A stretch of 59,383 nt of DNA. Origin: a virus (Duplodnaviria; Caudoviricetes). Positions 1 to 10,100 of the stretch are shown here, piece after piece. The notes beneath the pieces are model-generated. The model was not told the DNA's origin. It worked only from the letters and a program-made list of their open reading frames with translations, and did no database searches. The stretch lies in the IMG/VR virus record IMGVR_UViG_3300010214_000044, positions 1 through 59,383 of that record; one strand, given 5' to 3'. Positions within the stretch are counted from its first letter, which is position 1. Every line of letters begins with the position of its first letter. Both the position numbers and the translations under genes were made by a program.

Positions 1-843
1 ATGAGAGCTGTTCGGACTATTGCAATCGGTACAGTAGTTGCCACTTTGATGCTTACAACCATGGCAACACAGGCAGAAGTGCTCATGGGAATTAACTACC
101 ACGCCACGCTCGGCGACATCAAGAGACTGTACCCAAACGCAACATACGAGAAGCTAAAGCCTGCTTGGCTGACCGAAGAGGATGCATTCATCAAGATCTC
201 AGGAGTAGGGTTGGGCGGCACTCTTCGTGTAGCTTTCACAGATCTGAGGCCTGCCGCGAAGAGATTGCTTGCGAAAGAAAAAGATAGCAGCGCCTACAAG
301 AAATTCGCGGCCCAGAAAGACGATGACGCACTCACTGTTGAGTGGGTCAGGCTAACTTATACGGCGCCCGTCATGCTCGACACTTTCAAGAAACGATACG
401 GATCTCCTGGCAAGTGCGAGCACGACGAATCGTTCGCATTTGAATGTGAGTGGCCCAATAGGGCATTGACCGCAAGCATGTCCGCTGATGGAAAAATCGT
501 TGGAACCGTGACCACTGGCTTCACACTCAGCGAGAAACAAATGGGATACACCTTGAAGGGGGAGAAGATTCCGCCTTGGCTGAGTCCAGCCCGGAACAAT
601 CTCAGTGAAGAAGATCTGATGAAGAAGGAGTACGACACAGCTCTTGAAAGCGCAATACACGACCTAGAGCGCGCAGGCATTGACGTAAGCGGTCCGGTCC
701 ACGAGCAATTCGACAAATCAATCCGCTTTTTTGCGCAGGAAGCAATTAGGCAAGGTCTAATCGACAAGGTCGGTGATCTTGCAGCATCACACAGTGCTTT
801 AAAAAATGCAAAAGCACACATGCTGCAGCAATATGGGAAGTGA
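1..843 (+). CDS. Exported moron protein with a C-terminal domain homologous to the phage scaffolding protein
   Basis: Signal peptide (MRAVRTIAIG...ATQA-E); lower GC; opposite strand to virion genes; last 71 aa match an internal segment of 17063..18046. Confidence 0.8.
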   Translation: MRAVRTIAIGTVVATLMLTTMATQAEVLMGINYHATLGDIKRLYPNATYEKLKPAWLTEEDAFIKISGVGLGGTLRVAFTDLRPAAKRLLAKEKDSSAYKKFAAQKDDDALTVEWVRLTYTAPVMLDTFKKRYGSPGKCEHDESFAFECEWPNRALTASMSADGKIVGTVTTGFTLSEKQMGYTLKGEKIPPWLSPARNNLSEEDLMKKEYDTALESAIHDLERAGIDVSGPVHEQFDKSIRFFAQEAIRQGLIDKVGDLAASHSALKNAKAHMLQQYGK

Positions 844-970
844 AGTCTTACGCTTTGCAAGAGCAGCAATAGACAACATTCAGCCATCCGTGTCGCTCTC
901 TGATTCCGCTTGGCCCACACCGAGCTCCTAGCCCTCTGCTACATTCCTTCACATAGGAGGAATGAGAGAG

Positions 971-1222
971 ATGAGAGCTTTTCAGATCGCTGCCGTTGGT
1001 ATCACCTGCATCGTTTTGGCGGCATGTGCGAGTAAGCACGAAATCACCGCGTCTACGCCGCGCACGGTGGAGATAGCGGGCACAGCATGGAACTCAGCAG
1101 ACAACCAAAAAGCGTTTGATCTTGCACAAGCCCAATGCCAAAAGCAGGGACGACATGCCGCGCTTGCCAAGGATGGCGGCTCCAAGCCAAACGCTTGGTG
1201 GGTTTTCGACTGCGTTCTCTAA
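971..1222 (+). CDS. Small lipoprotein moron (possible superinfection exclusion)
   Basis: Lipobox LAAC after a hydrophobic stretch; AGGAGG upstream; start 962 or 971; function inferred. Confidence 0.75.
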   Translation: MRAFQIAAVGITCIVLAACASKHEITASTPRTVEIAGTAWNSADNQKAFDLAQAQCQKQGRHAALAKDGGSKPNAWWVFDCVL

Positions 1223-2032
1223 TTACTTTTTCCCAAGCCAAGCAGATCCAATCATCCCTGCCGCACTTCCAAGCCCGCCCCACAGCGAATTGCTTGATGA
1301 TCCAGCGGCGATCTGGTTCTGATTGATCTGGCTATAGGTATTCGCAGCCCCAGCCAGCCCGGCCTGGGCGCCTGCGTATCCCGAATTCAAAATCCCCTGC
1401 CCGCTCGTAGCCGCGCCCAGTCCAGCATTGGCGCTGCCAACTGCACCGGCACCAATCTGAGAGGCGATGGAGGCACTGGTGCCCTGTGCACTGGCAATAT
1501 TGCGCCCCAGATTGGCCGCGTCCATGCGCCGGGCATAGCCCTGCTGCTCCACGGTTTTCATGGCGGTATTCGCTGCGCCGGCCTTGGCTTTGGCCGCGCC
1601 AATGTCCAAAGCTCCGGCCATGGCCATCACCTTGCCGCTGGCGGGGTTCACCCCCGAGCGCTCCATGGCGCGCATCGTGGCGCCGCGCTGTGCCGCGATA
1701 CTGGTTTCCACATCGGCGCTCGCGCTGGCAGCCTCGGCCGCGCGGCGCTCCGGAGTGTCATAGGCCTGGGCATCGGCCACCAGCTTCTGCTCGAGCGGGC
1801 GATAGGTGCTGGTGTAGTCCTCATAGCCGGCCTGGGCAACCTTGTTCTGCAGGTTCTGGGCTTCCAGCTGCGATCGGGATACCTGGTCGGCAACCGCCGT
1901 GGCCGCTGCGCGTTCATCAGCCGTCTCGCCGTAGATCTGCTTCGCCCAGTCCAACTGCTCCTTTGACAGCTGCGCCTGCATCAGCGCGGCCGCGTTTTGC
2001 CCACTGGTGTCGACCTTGGTGCTCTTACCCAT
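1223..2032 (-). CDS. Internal virion / DNA ejection protein
   Basis: MGK start, Ala/Gly/Gln-rich helical sequence, Gly-rich hydrophobic C-terminus, follows a GNAT gene as in podoviruses. Confidence 0.65.
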   Translation of the reverse strand: MGKSTKVDTSGQNAAALMQAQLSKEQLDWAKQIYGETADERAAATAVADQVSRSQLEAQNLQNKVAQAGYEDYTSTYRPLEQKLVADAQAYDTPERRAAEAASASADVETSIAAQRGATMRAMERSGVNPASGKVMAMAGALDIGAAKAKAGAANTAMKTVEQQGYARRMDAANLGRNIASAQGTSASIASQIGAGAVGSANAGLGAATSGQGILNSGYAGAQAGLAGAANTYSQINQNQIAAGSSSNSLWGGLGSAAGMIGSAWLGKK

Positions 2033-2035
2033 TGC

Positions 2036-2653
2036 TCAGTCCTTTCCGGCGCGCTGCGCCCGCTCCTGGCCGCAGCCAATTCGTTTCGAGAATCCCGTGT
2101 GGGTGATCTGACCGCCCACAAACCGCGCCAGGCGGCCGGCATTGTTGGCCTCCCGCGAATGGCAGCTCATCTGCACGCGCCCCAGCTGCGCCAGTACCCG
2201 CTCGGCATAGCGCCACAGGTGCACCACCACCATCCCGCCGCGCGCGCCCTGCTCCATAAACAGCATGTCGTCACAGGCCACCGGCTCGCCCGTATTCAGG
2301 TCCTGATACAGGTTTAGCCACACGCTGCCCAGCAACTGGCCGTCGCGCCGCACGGTCAGAATCAGCAGCTGTCCGGAGCGCTCAATCTGGCGCAGCTCAT
2401 CCCACTGCACATTGGCCGGCACGCCAGGTGGCAAGGTTTCCTCGAGGAAGCGCAGGCGCTGGGCGGCCAGCTCGCCGGCGGCGGGGTCCGGCCCCAGCTG
2501 CTCGGCCTGGAACACCAGATCGCCGCGCCGCTCCACGGCCACCGCGCCCACGGACAGATCCGGCAGACACTCGGCCACCACCTCGCGCGCTACTTCGACG
2601 GTCAAAGGCTGTCCGATACGCTTGGCCAGGGCCACAGCAAGCAATCCACGCAT
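2036..2653 (-). CDS. GNAT-fold protein (position of the podovirus gp13/gp14-like gene)
   Basis: LLILTVRRDGQLLG...DMLFMEQGARGG GNAT-like pattern; GGAG RBS before ATG at 2653. Confidence 0.65.
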   Translation of the reverse strand: MRGLLAVALAKRIGQPLTVEVAREVVAECLPDLSVGAVAVERRGDLVFQAEQLGPDPAAGELAAQRLRFLEETLPPGVPANVQWDELRQIERSGQLLILTVRRDGQLLGSVWLNLYQDLNTGEPVACDDMLFMEQGARGGMVVVHLWRYAERVLAQLGRVQMSCHSREANNAGRLARFVGGQITHTGFSKRIGCGQERAQRAGKD

Positions 2654-2687
2654 ATGCTCTCCAGCGCCAGCGAATCTGGCAGGGCAC

Positions 2688-2721
2688 ATGAAACGACGGC
2701 CCTGCCCAAGATTCAAGGGGG
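2688..2721 (-). promoter_or_regulatory. Conserved bipartite motif, copy 1 (candidate late promoter)
   Basis: Minus strand CCCCCTTGAA-tcttgggcagggcc-GTCGTTTCAT. Confidence 0.6.
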
Positions 2722-2723
2722 TG

Positions 2724-3011
2724 TCAGGCCAAGGCCAAAAACAGGCCGACGCATGCAGCAATCGGCACAATGGCATCGAGCGCGCTTCCTTTGTCCCAAG
2801 CGCGTGGATCAAAGCCGCCCCACCAGGGCATGCCCGCGCGGTGCCCGCCCGCAAATGCCTGAATCCATCGGTACTCGGCCTGGGTGTGCTCGCGCGCCAG
2901 CCACCAGCTGCAGGCCAGCGCGCCACCCAGCCACCAGTTGCCCACCACCAGACCAACCAGGGCCTGGGCAAGCATAGCGATCAGCGCGTGAAGAACAGGT
3001 GTCCAGTCCAT
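2724..3011 (-). CDS. Small phage membrane protein
   Basis: 95 aa from MDWTPVLH, hydrophobic segments, coupled to the upstream gene. Confidence 0.65.
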   Translation of the reverse strand: MDWTPVLHALIAMLAQALVGLVVGNWWLGGALACSWWLAREHTQAEYRWIQAFAGGHRAGMPWWGGFDPRAWDKGSALDAIVPIAACVGLFLALA

Positions 3012-3012
3012 G

Positions 3013-3234
3013 TCAGGACTCCCTGGCTTCCACATCTGTGACCACGGCCGCGTCTTGTGCTGCAACCTTTTGACGCTCGGCAGTCTGGCCAGCCTCATAG
3101 GCTTCCTGCGCGATGCTGGTCAGCAGTTGCTGCAGCGTGCCGGCCAGGCCTGCAGACAGTTCAGACGTGAGCTTGTTGCCCACATTGGTTTCCAGCACTT
3201 CGGTCAGTCGGGGGTGAATAGCGTTTGTAGTCAT
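3013..3234 (-). CDS. Hypothetical protein
   Basis: AAGGAA RBS, lies in the tail operon. Confidence 0.65.
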   Translation of the reverse strand: MTTNAIHPRLTEVLETNVGNKLTSELSAGLAGTLQQLLTSIAQEAYEAGQTAERQKVAAQDAAVVTDVEARES

Positions 3235-3263
3235 GCTGTGTTCCTTTGTTGATGATGGATCGC

Positions 3264-3974
3264 TCAGGCTTCGACAGGCTGATCTTGCTCTGGTGCTGCA
3301 GCAGATGCCGTCCAGGCGATGGACACCACGGTTTCTGCATCCTCTGCAGCCTGGATCTCTACATAGAGGGCGCGGCTGCGCTGGTGGATCTCATTGAGGT
3401 GGGCCAGCATGGCAAAGCCCGCGCCGATGATTTCGTCTGCGTCAAGCCGCGCGACTTTGTTGTCCGCCAGCGTCCAGGCAATCGCATAGGGCTGGCCAGC
3501 ATCGCGGGCGATCTTGGCGGCCAGGCTCGCGCCGATGATCTTGTTGCGGCTTTCTTCGTCACTGTCGAAGCGGCCCACGCCACCCAGGTCAAAGCCGCCG
3601 CACTCCAGCTGGTCGCGGATGGCTTTGATTTCTGCCCACTTGACAGCCTTGGCCGTGTCCAGCGTCGTGACCACCTCTTCCGGCGCGAATGTGCCCCCGA
3701 AGAAATCACCTTGCGCATCAATCAAGGCGCGCTCCAGGCTGCCAAAGGGGTCGGCTGGGTCATAAGCGGTAACGGGAAGCACCGGGTACAACTGCCACAG
3801 CAGATTGGTACCGGCACGGGCATCGGCCAGTGTCGGATAAAGATGCACCTGCACCTCCAGGCCCGCTGGAGCGGAAAGATCCGTACCCGGGATATGGCGC
3901 TGCAGCTTGGCCAGCTCGACTCGGGCAGCGCCCGCGATGCCGTTGCCGGTGGAAATGGTTTTGATGATGGGCAT
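3264..3974 (-). CDS. Tail fibre assembly/chaperone-like protein (DUF4376-like C-terminus)
   Basis: AKAVKWAEIKAIRD...FDSDEES...WTLADN...IAW pattern; downstream of the fibre. Confidence 0.75.
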   Translation of the reverse strand: MPIIKTISTGNGIAGAARVELAKLQRHIPGTDLSAPAGLEVQVHLYPTLADARAGTNLLWQLYPVLPVTAYDPADPFGSLERALIDAQGDFFGGTFAPEEVVTTLDTAKAVKWAEIKAIRDQLECGGFDLGGVGRFDSDEESRNKIIGASLAAKIARDAGQPYAIAWTLADNKVARLDADEIIGAGFAMLAHLNEIHQRSRALYVEIQAAEDAETVVSIAWTASAAAPEQDQPVEA

Positions 3975-4153
3975 TACAGGCTCTCCTTTAGGACGGGCTT
4001 ACCGTCAACGATGATGTGGGTGACGTCAGAGACTTCGAGTCCGACGGGGATGCAGACCACGCCTGGCGGCGTGAGTTCTGCGACGAGGGATTCGGGGCAT
4101 TCCAGCATCTGGAAAATGCTTGTTTCACCGACGCGGTGCATTGCGTAGCGCAT
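3974..4153 (-). CDS. 59-aa hypothetical protein absent from the ORF track (MRYAMHRVGETS...VDGKPVLKESL)
   Basis: Fills the gap between fibre and chaperone; stop overlaps the next ATG (TAATG). Confidence 0.7.
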   Translation of the reverse strand: MRYAMHRVGETSIFQMLECPESLVAELTPPGVVCIPVGLEVSDVTHIIVDGKPVLKESL

Positions 4154-4158
4154 GGGAG

Positions 4159-7100
4159 TTACCTTTTGTGGATAGTTGCTTGCAGATAGACACTGCCCGT
4201 CGGGGTGTAACCAGCAGTCATACGAACCTCGATGGACCTGCCGCCGCCGTTACCAGAAAACGAAAATGCGAAGGAGCCGCAGCCTGGGTTGTTAAGGCTT
4301 CCAATCACAACGCTTTGAGCTGCTCCACCATCCACATACAACGTCAAGTACACAGGGTCGGAGCGCATATTGGCGAAGTTGAAGGAGCCTCCGTAGTGGA
4401 CAACGCAAGTCATTGATCCATCGAAGGCGGGCGTCCACAACGAGGCAGATGTAGATCCAGATTGCGCAAAAAGAGGCGTCGCTGCCGAATTGAGCTGCAG
4501 GTTTCCCGTTGTGACGACGTTCTCAGCCGTCAGCGTGCCGCTGAAGCTGCCCGATGCGCCGGAAAGATTGCCGCTGAAGGTCCCCGATGCTCCACTGAGG
4601 TTGCCGCTGAAAGTGGCGCTGCCGTTGACGATGGAAAACCCCGGGGCGTAGATATTTCCGCTGCTCTGGATCTCGATATAACGGCCGTTATTGGCATTGC
4701 CCAGCAAGATACCGTTCGGCCCGATGTGAAGGCCGCTCTGTCCAGCCGGCGGCCACGCATAGCCCCAGAAGCCGCCCGAGTTCAAACCGGCGCTGTTGAT
4801 GGTGATACCGCCAATGGTCCCCGCGGTCGAATAGATGGTCCCCCGCACCGTCACTTGCGAGAACTCTGCCTGCCCATTGGCGTTGATGCTCCAGCCCGTC
4901 GAACCACCAACATAGTTCGAGGAATTGATATAGGAGCCCACCGCCAGCGTTCCAGCCGTCAGCTTGGCCGCGCTCACGTTGGCGATCTTGGCGTTATCTA
5001 TGGCCGCATTGCCGATCATCGCGTTGACAATCGCGCCGTCCTGGATTGCAGCCGAACCGACAGCGATGGCACCGGCTGCGATCTTGGTTGCGGTGATAGC
5101 ACCGTCCACGATCAGGCTTGCGCTTGTCGCGCGGCGGCATACAAAGTTGGTCGCATACCAGCTACCGGCAACGGCAGATCCTGTTTCAGACACGATGCGC
5201 GCGCGCCCAAATGCCACCCCGGCAGGCACAGTGACAAACCCTTCAATCTTCTGCCAGGTATTGACCGCTGCAGGCGCGGTCAACGTGATTGCAGCCGCCC
5301 AGCCCACATGGGTACCGCTTGCGTCGCCCTGTGCACCTGTCGGGTCGATGAATTGCATCATCAGGCGGATTGCATAGCCAGTCGTCGTAGGCGATGCGAC
5401 ATATGCCGATAGGTAATAGACCTCGCCAGGGCTGGTCTGGAAATTGCGGGTGAGCACAGATTGCGCCGTTGCCTTCGACAGCAAGATACCTGCAGGCCCC
5501 GGCATATTCACCGGCACACCAGACGTGGCCGCGGTTACTTGCGTTCCGGTGAACGTCGCCCAGCTTGTCGTGTCCTGGATGAATGGATCGAGCACGATGT
5601 TGGAGTAATCCATCACCGTCAATTGCTTCACGGTGATAGCGTTTGCCGCGATCTGGTCGGCCCCAACAGCTCCCACTGCGATCTTTGCCGCAGTGATCGC
5701 ATTGGCCTCGATCTTGTCCGCTGTCACAGCGTTTGCGGCGATCTTGTCGGCGGTAATAGCGCCGTCGACAATCAGGCTACCGCCGTTCATCTTGCGCACG
5801 GTGATGGAGCCGAAGTAGCCGCCAGTGGCGGCACCCGCCAGTAAGCGCATACCGATGGTCATTCGGGTGCGCGCGCCGGTGGAGATAGTGAAGGTCTTGT
5901 AGGGCGATGCCGAAGCAGCCGCGTCGCTGTTCTGCACGACCTCGGCGTCCCAGGTTACAGCTGTATTGGTAGTCTTTACCCCTAACCTGGTCACGATCTG
6001 CAGGGTAGCTGCAGACGCGGCCTGTCGCGCGGTCTGCATCGACACGAAGTACTGGCTATTGGCCTCCAGCTGGAATCCCATATTCGCGTAAGCCCAGACA
6101 GTGGCGTCACCTGATGCTGCAGCAGGAGCCTGAATCCAGACCACGCGACGGCTTCCATAAGAAGAACTCGCGCTAGTGAAGCTGAAGGAAGACGCAGAAG
6201 AGTAACCAGCATCGTCCTGAATGTCGAAGTCAGGATAGGCGTTCGATGTGTCGGCCAGCACCATCTTCGATGCCGTAATAGCGCCATCGACGATCAGATT
6301 GCCGCCCGACTTGCGACGGATGATGGGCGCGCCCAGATAGGCGCGCGCAGTGCCGCCAGCCTCCCGCGTGTAGACCATGCGGGCATAACGCTCTGCAGCA
6401 GCTGTAGTAACGCTGAGGTTGAAGCCCACAGACGAAGTGGTAGAACTTTGTCCGACAAGCACGCGACGAGAAGCGACAGTAGAGCCTGACCCCGAGTAGG
6501 TGCCGAATTCGATATAGCTCCCCGCAAGCCCCACGGTATCAGTCACCGACGTGCTGATACGCTGCGTAAGGAGGTATTCGGCGCTCGCATCAACGCTAAA
6601 CCAGCTGCTAACGACTTCGGAGTACGAAGCTGATGGGGCGATGTTGACGATATTCTTGCCGTTGATGCCGACACCGGATGAGGTGTAGCTGAAGCTTCCG
6701 GAAACTGCTGTGCAGTAGCCCAAGTCAACGCAATCGAAGTCTCCGTAGACGTTCGTAGTGTCAGCAACCAGCAGCTTGGAAGCGAGCACCGAGCCTGCTG
6801 CCAGCTCTGTCGCGCTCACCGCGCCGGCCGCGATTTTGGCCGTCGTCACAGAGTTGGCAGCAATGGAGTCGGCTGTTACGGCGTTGGCGGCGATCTTGCC
6901 GGCAATCACAGAGTTTGCCGCGATGGCATTTGCCGTCACCGAGTTGGCGCCGAGTTCAGTTGCGGTAATCGTGCCAGCAGCGATTTCGGCAGCAGTGATC
7001 GTCTTCGCAGCGATCTTGGCTGCAGTGATTGCGCCGTCGACAATCAGCTCACCGCGAGACATTTCGGTAACTCGGAACCCGCCCCACTGAGACTCAACGA

Positions 7101-10100
7101 TAGGAGCTGCACTGCCATAGTTAAGGTAAACACCTGCGGTGAAGTAAGCAGCTTTGGGCGGAAACTTCGCAGCTCCGTCAGGGCCTACAACCAGGGCAGT
7201 GCGAGTCCAAGTTGTAGGAGTTACAGCTCCGACAGCCGGAAAGTAGAAGTTACCGGAGGCCGCATTAGTTCCTGGCCATCCGGTGCCAGGATTAGCAGCG
7301 TCAGAGCCTGTCAGCAGGGCACCGTTGACGTCATAGAAGCGGATAGACGCAAAGCAGCGATTAGTTTGTGCGCTGAGGGCAATGAACCAAGTCTCGAACA
7401 AGTACGTCTTGCTCTGGTCAATCGGCGTCTTGTACGTAGCAGGAACCTGCATGCTCGTAGCGATAGCCGCAGACAGCACGAACGGGCCCGGAGCACCAGC
7501 GACAACCTTGCGAGTGAAGTTCGCATTGGCCCACATGTCCGCGTCTTGGAAGAACGGGTCAAGGTTTACGGCATCCGTAGACGTGATTGCCAGCTTGGCT
7601 GCCGTAATGGCACCAGCCGCGATTTCGTTTGCCGACACTGCACCAGTAGCGATCTTCGCTGTGGTGACAGAGTTGGCCTGCAGATTGTCAGCGGTAATGG
7701 CGTTGGCAGCGATCTTGCCAGCAGTCACTGCGCTGGCAGCAAGTTCATTTGCAGTGACTGCGCCGACAGCAAGTTGTGCAGCCGTGATCGACTTCGCTGC
7801 GATCTTGGTAGCCGTAACTGCGCCGTCGACGATCAACTCTCCGCCCATGAGCTTGCGTGCAACGAACCCTCCGATCTTTGCAGAGGCCGTCGAGAGCGGG
7901 CCAATTACTACGTTGGCAAACTTTGCGCCAGGCAAAGCTGTTGCTGTGATGCTTGGTGCAAGACTCGTCGTCGACAGCGAGGCGTATCCCAGCGACACCT
8001 TTGCAGCGTCATAGAAGTACACGCGGCAGTAGTTTCGCGGCCCGGTCGCTTGGAACGACACGAAGTACTGAGAGCCCTCTTCGACAGAGAACATGCGGGT
8101 GCGTGCAGTACCTGTGCCTGTGCCAGCTGTGTAAGACAGAGCACCGGAAGAGATAAACCCTGCAGAGCTGAGCGGCTCGAAGACCCAGCCCGTGTAGATT
8201 TCCCAGGCTGCGGGGTCTTCCATGTTGCTGTCAGGAACGAGGTTGGTGAAGTCTCCGATAGCGATCTTGGAGGCAGTGATGGCGTTAGCTGCAATCTGGT
8301 CTGCCGACACAGCGCCGGCTGCGATCTTGCCTGCGGTAACAGCGCTGGCTTGCAAGTTGTCTGCAGAGATAGCGTTGGCTGCCACCGTGCCAGCAGTCAC
8401 GGCTCCGACTGCGATCTTGCCCGCAGTGATCGCGCCATCGACAATAAGCTCAGCTTGACCCATGACCCGCAACACGGGGTTCATGATCTTGAATGGGCCG
8501 ACAAATCTACCGGCGGCGGAGTACTGCCAACGAACACGCCAGCCGATAGCAACGTCGTCAGCAGCTACCGTATATGTACCAGACAGAATTGCGTAGCCGT
8601 TGGCCGTGCCGAGAACACGGGACGCCGCTACGTTGCTGTAAGTAGTGCCGTTGGCTTTCGTTGTAGCGATACCGATATCGACTCGCCCCTCGGCTCCGAC
8701 GTAATCACGGATGCGCAGCGAGAAGAAGACTTGACGGCCAGCCTCCATGGGCAAGCGCGGCTGTTGGACGAACTCGCCTACGTAGGCGTTAGACGCACCT
8801 GTCCGCAGGGCGGTGGTGTAGGTAGCCACGCGCTGCGCATTGTCTGCTGCCTCTCCAGCCTCGAAGCTGAAGTTCTGGATAGCGCCCACCGACCAAGCGT
8901 TGATATCGCGGAAGTCGGAGTCCGGCACAAAGTTTGTCGTGTCAGCCAGCACCACCTTGGAGGCAGTGATGGAGCCGTCGACAATCAGCTCACCCGCTGC
9001 CATCGGCAGGATAGACATTTCGGTGAACTCGACCACAGGGCCGGATGCCGACAGTTGCACACGAGCAGCCATAGCCGTATAGCCTGCCGCCTGGGTGATG
9101 ACAGCGCTGTATTCCACCCACTCGCCCACCGTGGCGCTGGCGATGGTCATGTTCCCCGGCTGTACATACTGGATGGCCTGACCAGGGCCTGTGCGCAGCA
9201 GCTCCAGGCGGGCAAGGCCTGCGGTTCCCGAGACCTTTCGCAGCTTGACCTTCACACGGAAAGCCGTGCCGGGAGCGATCTGACGGATACCGTTACTGCT
9301 TCCGTCTAGCGCCCATTCGGTGTTATAGGTTCGGCAGTTGGTAGACGTGGAAGTGATTCGCATCACCTTCGCAGCTACTCCACCAGGGCCATCAGTCACC
9401 GACACGTACTCAGCAGTGCCACCGATGGTGGCCTGCCAGCCGATACCGTCGTTGAACAGACTACCGTCAGCCAGCAGGTTTGTCGCAGACCCTACCACCA
9501 TCTTCTCGGCGGTGACAGCATTCGCCGCCAGCTCTCGCGCATTCACAGCGCCCGCAGCAATGGTGCCTGCCGTAATCGCGTTAGCCGCCACGGTGCCAGC
9601 GGTCACCGCATTGGCAGCAATCTTCCCAGCAACTACAGCGTTAGCTGCGATCTTCGGAGCCGAGATCGCGTTGTCGGCAATCTGGGTCGCGGTGATCTGG
9701 CCGACCATGTCACCAACGACTACTTCAGCCGTGTACTTCGTACCATCCCAGCGGTACAGCTTGCCGTTCCAGGTGATGACCGTGGTCGACTTGGTGGTCG
9801 GCAGGGAGCCGCCTGTTGCATTCGTCACGGGCTCGATGCCGGAGGCGAACTTGGTCGCATCTACGGCACCCGCGGCAATCTGGCCCGCGATGATCTGGCC
9901 CGTCAGGTCGGTAGTCGCCACGGCAGCGGTGTAAGCCGTTCCGCTCCAGCGGTACAACTTGCCTTGCCAAACCAGCGTCTCGGTGGTCTTGGCCGTAGGC
10001 AAGGCGCCTGCAGTCGAAACCGTCACCGGCTGGATGCCTGCTGCGAATTTGGCAGTATCAACCGCGCCGGATGCGATCTTGGCTGTCGTAACGGCGTTAT

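Noticed and set aside
4159-4500. Possible diversity-generating retroelement target at the fibre tip
   Set aside because: No reverse transcriptase and no TR/VR repeat pair seen
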